Shown piece by piece: positions 34,044 through 41,781 of a stretch of DNA of 41,781 nucleotides. This stretch comes from Candidatus Deferrimicrobia bacterium (GTDB taxonomy: Bacteria > Desulfobacterota > Deferrimicrobia > J040), in NCBI GenBank assembly GCA_041563215.1, contig JBFFNJ010000001.1, forward strand, positions 1-41,781, given 5' to 3'. The notes under the pieces are model-generated. The model was given only the letters and a program-made list of their open reading frames with translations, was not told the DNA's origin and ran no database searches. Numbering within the stretch: the first letter of the stretch is position 1; each line of letters opens with the position of its first letter. The translations under genes were made by a program, and so were the position numbers.

Positions 34044-35591
34044 TTACTCCCACTCTATGGTTGAGGGTGGTTTGGATGATATATCGTACACAACCCGGTT
34101 TACGCCTTTGACTTCGTTGATTATCCTGTTGGATATCTTTTTCAGCAACCAGTATGGCAACTCTACCCAGTCGGCTGTCATTCCATCGCTGGAATGCACG
34201 GCCCTTATAGCAACCACATTTTCATATGTCCTCTCGTCCCCCATAACGCCTACGGTCCTGACGGGAAGAAGGACGGTAAACGCCTGCCATATAGACTCGT
34301 AGAGGCCGGCTTTTTTGATCTCTTCCTCGGCGATGGCGTCCGCCTCCCTGAGTTTCTCGATGTGCTCGATTTCTACCTCTCCGATGATTCTCACGGCAAG
34401 CCCCGGACCGGGAAATGGATGACGGGAGAGAATGTTTTCCGGTATGCCAAGCTCTCGACCCACATTCCGGACTTCGTCCTTGAACAGCTCCCGGAGGGGT
34501 TCAACCAGCTCGAGATCCATTGTTTCAGGAAGCCCCCCCACGTTGTGATGTGATTTTATCGTGGCCGACGGGCCTTTGAACGAGACGCTCTCGATAACAT
34601 CGGGATAGAGCGTCCCCTGGGCGAGGAACTGAATGTCTTTGAGTTTGCCTGCCTCCTCTTCAAAGACCCGTATAAATATCTCACCGATGATCTTTCTTTT
34701 CATTTCCGGATCGCTCACCCCTTTCAGGGCAGCGAGAAACCGTTCTTCGACATCGACGTAGATGAGGTTCAACCCGATCATGTCCCTGAATATGCTGACG
34801 ACTTCCTCCACCTCTCCCTTTCTGAGAAGACCGTTGTTCACAAAAATACAGTGAAGCTTGTCCCCGATCGCCCGGTGGAGCAAAACGGCAGTTACCGATG
34901 AGTCGACGCCTCCTGAGAGTCCCAGGACGAGACCCGAATCGCCCACGCTTTCCTTGATCTTGGTGATGGTCTGTTCTATGAACGAACCCATGTTCCACTG
35001 CTTTCTGGCCCCGCATACATTCGTAATAAAGTTGTCGATTATTTTGACGCCGGAGGGGGTATGGACAACCTCCGGGTGGAACTGGACGCCGTATATGGTT
35101 CCCGCGCCGTTTCTTATTGCCCCAAAGGGGGAGTTTTTTGACCTTGCAATTGGATAGAACTTATCGGGGAGAACCTCTACCTTGTCTCCATGGCTCATCC
35201 AGACGGACAATCTCCCATCGCTGATAAAATCCTCGAGTTCTGCTAGAAGGGGATCATCATCGTCTATCTCTATCTCGGCATACCCGTATTCTCTCGCTGC
35301 AGAACCGGCCACCCTGCCTCCAAACAGATCGGTTATCAGCTGCATCCCATAGCAGATACCGAGAACGGGAACCCCCAGGGAAAACAGATCCAGGGAAACC
35401 TTCGGCGCCCCGTTATCGTAAACGCTGGCCGGCCCTCCGGAGAGAATGATCCCCTTCGGTTCGAAGTCCTTTATGGTATCGAAGGAAATGTTGAAGGGGT
35501 GTATCTCGCTGTACACCGACAACTCCCTTACCCTCCTTGCGATCAGCATGGTGTACTGGGAACCGAAGTCAAGGATCAAAATTTTATCCAT
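34044..35591 (-). CDS. guaA: GMP synthase (glutamine-hydrolysing)
   Basis: 515 aa. GATase domain ([19 protein letters not shown]). ATP-PPase loop [10 protein letters not shown]-terminal PPSTIEWE. Confidence 0.95.
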   Translation of the reverse strand: MDKILILDFGSQYTMLIARRVRELSVYSEIHPFNISFDTIKDFEPKGIILSGGPASVYDNGAPKVSLDLFSLGVPVLGICYGMQLITDLFGGRVAGSAAREYGYAEIEIDDDDPLLAELEDFISDGRLSVWMSHGDKVEVLPDKFYPIARSKNSPFGAIRNGAGTIYGVQFHPEVVHTPSGVKIIDNFITNVCGARKQWNMGSFIEQTITKIKESVGDSGLVLGLSGGVDSSVTAVLLHRAIGDKLHCIFVNNGLLRKGEVEEVVSIFRDMIGLNLIYVDVEERFLAALKGVSDPEMKRKIIGEIFIRVFEEEAGKLKDIQFLAQGTLYPDVIESVSFKGPSATIKSHHNVGGLPETMDLELVEPLRELFKDEVRNVGRELGIPENILSRHPFPGPGLAVRIIGEVEIEHIEKLREADAIAEEEIKKAGLYESIWQAFTVLLPVRTVGVMGDERTYENVVAIRAVHSSDGMTADWVELPYWLLKKISNRIINEVKGVNRVVYDISSKPPSTIEWE

Positions 35592-35603
35592 GATCGGACC
35601 TCA

Positions 35604-38013
<2,410 letters not shown>

Positions 38014-38016
38014 TCG

Positions 38017-38529
38017 TTACTTCCCTTCCAGATAGTGGGTCTTCGTCTTCAGGTAGCTTTCGCAGTAGACGAGAATCGCTTCCTCCGAGCCTTCGCCGAG
38101 ATTTTCAACCACTTTTGCAGGGGCCCCCCTGACCAGGGAGTTTGCAGGCACATCGGTGCCGGGCGTAACGAGCGATCCGGCAGCAATGACCGATCCCCTG
38201 CCTATCCTGGCCCCGTCAAGGATTGTGGATCCTATTCCAACGAGACACCTGTCCTCCACGGTGCAGCCGTGCAAAACGACATTGTGCCCGACCGTCACCT
38301 CGCTTCCTATGATGAGGGGAAAAGCATCGGTAACTACGTGAAGGGTCGAATTGTCCTGAACGTTCGTTCGGTCCCCGATGACGATGGAGTTCACGTCGCC
38401 CCGAACGACGGTTCCGAACCATATGCTTGCATCATCGCCGATAGTGACATCTCCAATGATCACGGCTGTTGGAGCTATGTATACATTTTTGCCAACAACA
38501 GGGGTTTTGCCCCTGAATTGAATTATCAT
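38017..38529 (-). CDS. Gamma-carbonic-anhydrase-like left-handed beta-helix (hexapeptide repeat) protein
   Basis: 170 aa. VYIAPTAVIIGDVTIGDDASIWFGTVVRGD...IGDRTNVQDNSTLH...VGHNVVLHGC, typical of the YrdA/PaaY family. Confidence 0.85.
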   Translation of the reverse strand: MIIQFRGKTPVVGKNVYIAPTAVIIGDVTIGDDASIWFGTVVRGDVNSIVIGDRTNVQDNSTLHVVTDAFPLIIGSEVTVGHNVVLHGCTVEDRCLVGIGSTILDGARIGRGSVIAAGSLVTPGTDVPANSLVRGAPAKVVENLGEGSEEAILVYCESYLKTKTHYLEGK

Positions 38530-38598
38530 GCAGTTTTCCTTGCGGGTTTTTATATTCTTATCAAGATGCTCACCGATTGCCCAAGCGGTAAAGAGGAA

Positions 38599-38626
38599 AA
38601 TTTCAGCGCCTCAGTATGCTGAAATT
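38599..38626 (-). terminator. Candidate intrinsic terminator downstream of der
   Basis: 9-bp stem AATTTCAGC/GCTGAAATT with a 10-nt loop. On the minus strand it is followed by TTCCTCTTT, giving a T-rich tail. The stem is AT-rich, so confidence is modest. Confidence 0.35.
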
Positions 38627-38747
38627 ATAAAACAGATCGCCCACTAAAATGAACTAGAAATCAGATGTGTCCGCATGATCTACCGGATTTAAAGATCGGC
38701 ACCGGCAGAAAGACAGGTGAAGGTGATACGGAACACTCACTCATCCC

Positions 38748-40055
38748 TTATTTTTGCCGGTACCGTATCACGAGCGGTGAGCCGTGGAAATCGAAGTTCT
38801 CCCTGATCCTGTTAGCCACGTACCGGTTGAACGAATCCGGAACCCGCCCGGGGTCTTTCACGAATACGGCAAACGAAGGGGGAGCGACCCCCGTCTGGGT
38901 AATGTAATAGGCCCTGTTGGGCCTTCTCGATCCGGGTATCGTGACATTATAGAGAAACTTCTCCGCTTTCCTGTTGAGTTCAGACGTCTTTACCCGCTTC
39001 ACGTACTGGTCGAACACCCCGATCACCGCCCTCAAAAGCTTTCTCATCCCCTTGCCCTGTAGAGCAGACACGGGCACGGCAGGCACAAATGAGGCAAACG
39101 TGAAGGCATCGCTGACTTCACGAAGGGCTTCCGGCAATGAACCCTCGCCGAGGAGGTCTGTCTTGTTTACCGCTATGACTGCCCCCCTGTTTTCTTTCAG
39201 TATGTATCTCAAGATCTGCTGGTCGTTGTGGGTGACTCCGCTCCCCGCATCGATGACGAGCACGGCGATGTTGGATTTTTTTATGCTGTCTATCGAACGG
39301 ATGGACATTATCTTCTCTACGGCGTCAGCGGTTTTCCTTCTCGGCCTGATGCCGGCCGTGTCCACGAGCACGATTTTTCTCTCGCCAAGTAAAAGCTCCA
39401 TGTCTATTGAGTCTCTCGTGGTACCGGGTATGGGGCTTGCGATGATTCTTTCCTGCCCCGTCAGAGTATTTATGAGGGTCGATTTCCCCACGTTTGGCCT
39501 CCCCACGATGCTTACCCTGCAGAATGGCTCAACCTCTTCGCTAACGGGTTTTCTCTCGACGACCCTCTTCGCAATTTCCTCCATCAACTCCAATACGCCC
39601 GTTCCATGCTCCGCCGATACCTCTTGAAAGCTCTTGATCCCGAGCTCATAGAGGAGGGGAACGAATTCCCGGTATTTTTTATGATCGATCTTGTTCAGGG
39701 CGACGATATACTCTTTCCCTTTCTCCCGCATCATGCGAACGATCTCGTGGTCTATCGTTGAGATCCCCTCTTTTCCGTCAAAAAGCAAAATTAGCAGATC
39801 GGACTCGTTTATCGCCCGCATGACCTGCCGTCTGATCAGGAGCGCCAGTTCTTCATCGGTATCGAGATCAAAGCCGCCCGTGTCGATGAGCTCAAAACTC
39901 CTCCCCTGAAAGCTCACCTTTTCCGTTATAAAGTCCCTCGTTATCCCCGGCCTGCCGAAGGTAAGGGCTTTCCTTATCCCGATCATTCTGTTGAAAAGCG
40001 TCGATTTACCGACGTTCGGCCTGCCGATTATGGCTACCCTGAAAAGACCATCCAT
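38748..40055 (-). CDS. der: Ribosome-associated GTPase Der (EngA), two tandem G domains plus a KH-like domain
   Basis: Two P-loops (GRPNVGKSTLFN, GRPNVGKSTLIN), DTGG/DTAG and NKID/NKTD. I prefer the ATG at 40055 (AGGGGG 7 nt upstream). The track start is a TTG at 40094, 13 codons upstream. Confidence 0.92.
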   Translation of the reverse strand: MDGLFRVAIIGRPNVGKSTLFNRMIGIRKALTFGRPGITRDFITEKVSFQGRSFELIDTGGFDLDTDEELALLIRRQVMRAINESDLLILLFDGKEGISTIDHEIVRMMREKGKEYIVALNKIDHKKYREFVPLLYELGIKSFQEVSAEHGTGVLELMEEIAKRVVERKPVSEEVEPFCRVSIVGRPNVGKSTLINTLTGQERIIASPIPGTTRDSIDMELLLGERKIVLVDTAGIRPRRKTADAVEKIMSIRSIDSIKKSNIAVLVIDAGSGVTHNDQQILRYILKENRGAVIAVNKTDLLGEGSLPEALREVSDAFTFASFVPAVPVSALQGKGMRKLLRAVIGVFDQYVKRVKTSELNRKAEKFLYNVTIPGSRRPNRAYYITQTGVAPPSFAVFVKDPGRVPDSFNRYVANRIRENFDFHGSPLVIRYRQK

Positions 40056-40090
40056 AAAAAAGCCCCCTGCGTCCCGTGGGCCGTCGTCAA

Positions 40091-40981
40091 TCAATACCCG
40101 AGCCTTTTGAGAAGCCGCTCTTTTCTGCTCCAGCCCTTTTCCACCTTGACCCGCAGCTGGAGGAAAACCCTCTTCCCGAAGAGCTCTTCCATCTCCTTTC
40201 TTGCGGCGGTGCCGACCTTTTTCAGAAGCGATCCGCCCTTGCCGATGACGATACCTTTCTGGGAATCCCGCTCGACGTAGATGTATGCAAGGACCGAAAC
40301 GATGTCTTTTTCCGAGTCAAGCTTTATCTCTTCTACCATGACTGCAGTGCTATAGGGAACTTCCTCCTTGAGGAAGGAGTAAAGTTTCTCCCTGACGATT
40401 TCCTTGCAGAGGAACCGCTCTGACCTGTCGGTCACGTAATCTTCGGGATAATAGAAAGGCCCTTCCGGGAGCCTTGCGAAAAAGTATTCCAGCACGCCGT
40501 CGATACCGAATCCCTCGGCAGAGTTCGTATCGAATATGCGCTCATATTCACAGCGCCCTGTCATCCACGTGATTATCTTCTCACGGTCCGCAACGGTCAT
40601 GAGATCGATCTTGTTTATGGTGAGGACTTTCGTAAGTTTGCTCTTGTTGAGAGCTTCGGTAACGAGCTCCTCCTCGTGTGCGAAGCGGAAAAGGTTGTTG
40701 TCCGTCATGTGGAGGACGAGGTCGCAGTCTTCCATAACGGCCATCGCCTCTCTTACCATATACCTGTTGAGCGCCGTTTTCGGGTCGTGGATTCCCGGAG
40801 AGTCCAAAAAAACGATTTGACCTCTTTCATCGGTGTAGACTCCGGATATCCTGTCCCTTGTCGTCTGGGGCTTTTCCGTCACGATCGACACCTTTATCCC
40901 GAGCACCCTGTTTAGGAAGGTCGATTTGCCGACGTTCGGCCTCCCGATGATGGCAACAAAGCCCGACTTTCCCATTTTCAT
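40091..40981 (-). CDS. era: GTPase Era
   Basis: 296 aa. GFVAIIGRPNVGKSTFLN, DSPGIH and NKID, with a C-terminal KH domain (VERDSQKGIVIGKGG). The ATG overlaps the stop of the upstream gene (ATGA). Confidence 0.93.
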   Translation of the reverse strand: MKMGKSGFVAIIGRPNVGKSTFLNRVLGIKVSIVTEKPQTTRDRISGVYTDERGQIVFLDSPGIHDPKTALNRYMVREAMAVMEDCDLVLHMTDNNLFRFAHEEELVTEALNKSKLTKVLTINKIDLMTVADREKIITWMTGRCEYERIFDTNSAEGFGIDGVLEYFFARLPEGPFYYPEDYVTDRSERFLCKEIVREKLYSFLKEEVPYSTAVMVEEIKLDSEKDIVSVLAYIYVERDSQKGIVIGKGGSLLKKVGTAARKEMEELFGKRVFLQLRVKVEKGWSRKERLLKRLGY

Positions 40982-41781
40982 GACGCACCGTTGTTCATAA
41001 GCCTTTTCACGGCAAAATCAAAAAAGTCCGGACTATCTCCGGAAACCGTATGCGCTCTCCCCTCGGCGTCAAGCCCAACGACTTCATCGACTGACCCATC
41101 GAATATGATATTGCCTGCCAGATGGGGATGGGAATCGATTATGCGGTCCAGGTTCTTCCCCTTTTTACCCTTCACGGATGTTTCCCGCCGCTTGTCGATG
41201 ACAAGGGAGGTTATGTCCCTCTCCCTTACAAGCAGATAATCGATCATCAACCGGTAGCCCAACCCCTCCGCCTCCTGACGCAGGTTTCCCGAAAATGTCC
41301 GAAAAACGACATTAGATTGTTTGATATCCATTTCGAACAGGCCTATTCGCGCTACGTGAACGCCCCAAATCATGCAGGTGAGGAGGAATAAGGCAGCGCT
41401 GTTTCGGATGTACCCTTCAGAAGGTGGTATGAACCTTTGCGCCAAATATTCTTCCTCGAGCCCCGTTCCCGTGAAAACGATCAAGGGATAGAGGATGGCA
41501 AAGTCGGGTTTGAGCGGCAAGAGATCGTCGAGGCTTCTCTTGAAACGAAGCATGTCGTCTCCGGGAAGCCCCGTTATGAGCTGGATCCCTGTTTCAAAAC
41601 CCATGTCCTTTGAAAGCTTGACCGACGTCGCAGCCTGCAACGAGTCGTAGCCCCTCCTCGCTCTTTTCAAGACACCATCATCCGTTGAAACGGCGCCCAC
41701 CTCTACCGTCCTCACGTTGTAGCGTCCGAGCAGGAAAAGCTTTTCCCGTGTAATTGCCCGGGGGGAGGCGGAAACCCTGAC
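40978..41781 (-). CDS. Radical-SAM superfamily protein (ELP3/HemN-like core), 5' partial; continues beyond the window
   Basis: The frame is open to base 41781. The visible part (VEVGAVSTDDGVLKRARRGY, GFETGIQLITGLPGD, PDFAILYPLIVFTGT) matches the distal half of the radical-SAM TIM barrel. The Cys motif would lie outside the window. Confidence 0.6.
   Translation of the reverse strand, partial: VRVSASPRAITREKLFLLGRYNVRTVEVGAVSTDDGVLKRARRGYDSLQAATSVKLSKDMGFETGIQLITGLPGDDMLRFKRSLDDLLPLKPDFAILYPLIVFTGTGLEEEYLAQRFIPPSEGYIRNSAALFLLTCMIWGVHVARIGLFEMDIKQSNVVFRTFSGNLRQEAEGLGYRLMIDYLLVRERDITSLVIDKRRETSVKGKKGKNLDRIIDSHPHLAGNIIFDGSVDEVVGLDAEGRAHTVSGDSPDFFDFAVKRLMNNGAS

Noticed and set aside
38530-38747. 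Largest intergenic region (218 nt) as a possible small RNA or riboswitch
   Set aside because: I found only one AT-rich hairpin with a T-rich tail, listed as a candidate der terminator, and a lone TATAAT-like hexamer. No conserved riboswitch core or multi-stem structure was recognisable by eye.
40056-40094. TTG start of der at 40094, giving a 13-aa N-terminal extension that overlaps era
   Set aside because: The ATG at 40055 has an AGGGGG Shine-Dalgarno 7 nt upstream and places the P-loop at the usual distance from the N-terminus. The extension (IDDGPRDAGGFF) has no counterpart in Der proteins as I recall them.

Overview
This is a 41.8-kb bacterial chromosomal window with roughly 50 % GC (hand counts on sample lines). 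It is dominated by tightly packed core housekeeping genes. I saw no rRNA, CRISPR array, transposase, integrase or recognisable defence island.

Plus-strand block (1..10245): a CoA-transferase A/B pair, miaB, a DUF151 nuclease, two multidomain signalling proteins, a PHP phosphoesterase, a TPR protein and a GH57 glucan enzyme.

Middle region (10.3-17 kb), which looks more accessory:
- A minus-strand operon of a sensor diguanylate cyclase, a dGTPase-like HD protein and a SAM methyltransferase.
- Two secreted thioredoxin-fold proteins.
- An HExxH membrane protein.
- An excisionase-type HTH gene.
- An FmdB zinc-ribbon gene.
- tRNA-Arg(CCT).

Minus-strand run (17.2 kb to the end): apt, nlpD-like, pcm, surE, tRNA-Pro(GGG), merR-like, ihfA, pheT, pheS, rplT, rpmI, infC, thrS, tRNA-Val(GAC), a DUF512 radical-SAM gene, pgsA-like, hflX, dnaE, guaA, guaB, a ppx/gppA-family gene, a gamma-CA-like gene, der, era and a partial radical-SAM gene. 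The order thrS-infC-rpmI-rplT-pheST-ihfA-merR-tRNAPro resembles what I recall from deltaproteobacterial (Desulfobacterota-type) genomes. That taxonomic guess is inference only.

Observations most worth a second look:
1. An adjacent gene pair (3295..6744). The first encodes a catalytically degenerate GGDEF protein that keeps an RxxD I-site. The second encodes a receiver-PATAN(DUF4388) protein fused to what looks like a small GTPase fold with all G motifs degenerate.
2. A diguanylate cyclase with a 7-cysteine insert, translationally coupled to a dGTPase-like gene and divergent from two redoxin genes.
3. Two otherwise well conserved genes (surE and the DUF512 radical-SAM gene), each interrupted by a single in-frame stop codon with no frameshift.
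4. infC, which probably starts at a non-canonical AUA placed behind a perfect Shine-Dalgarno sequence.

None of these is proven. All domain calls come from reading the translations by eye, without database searches.
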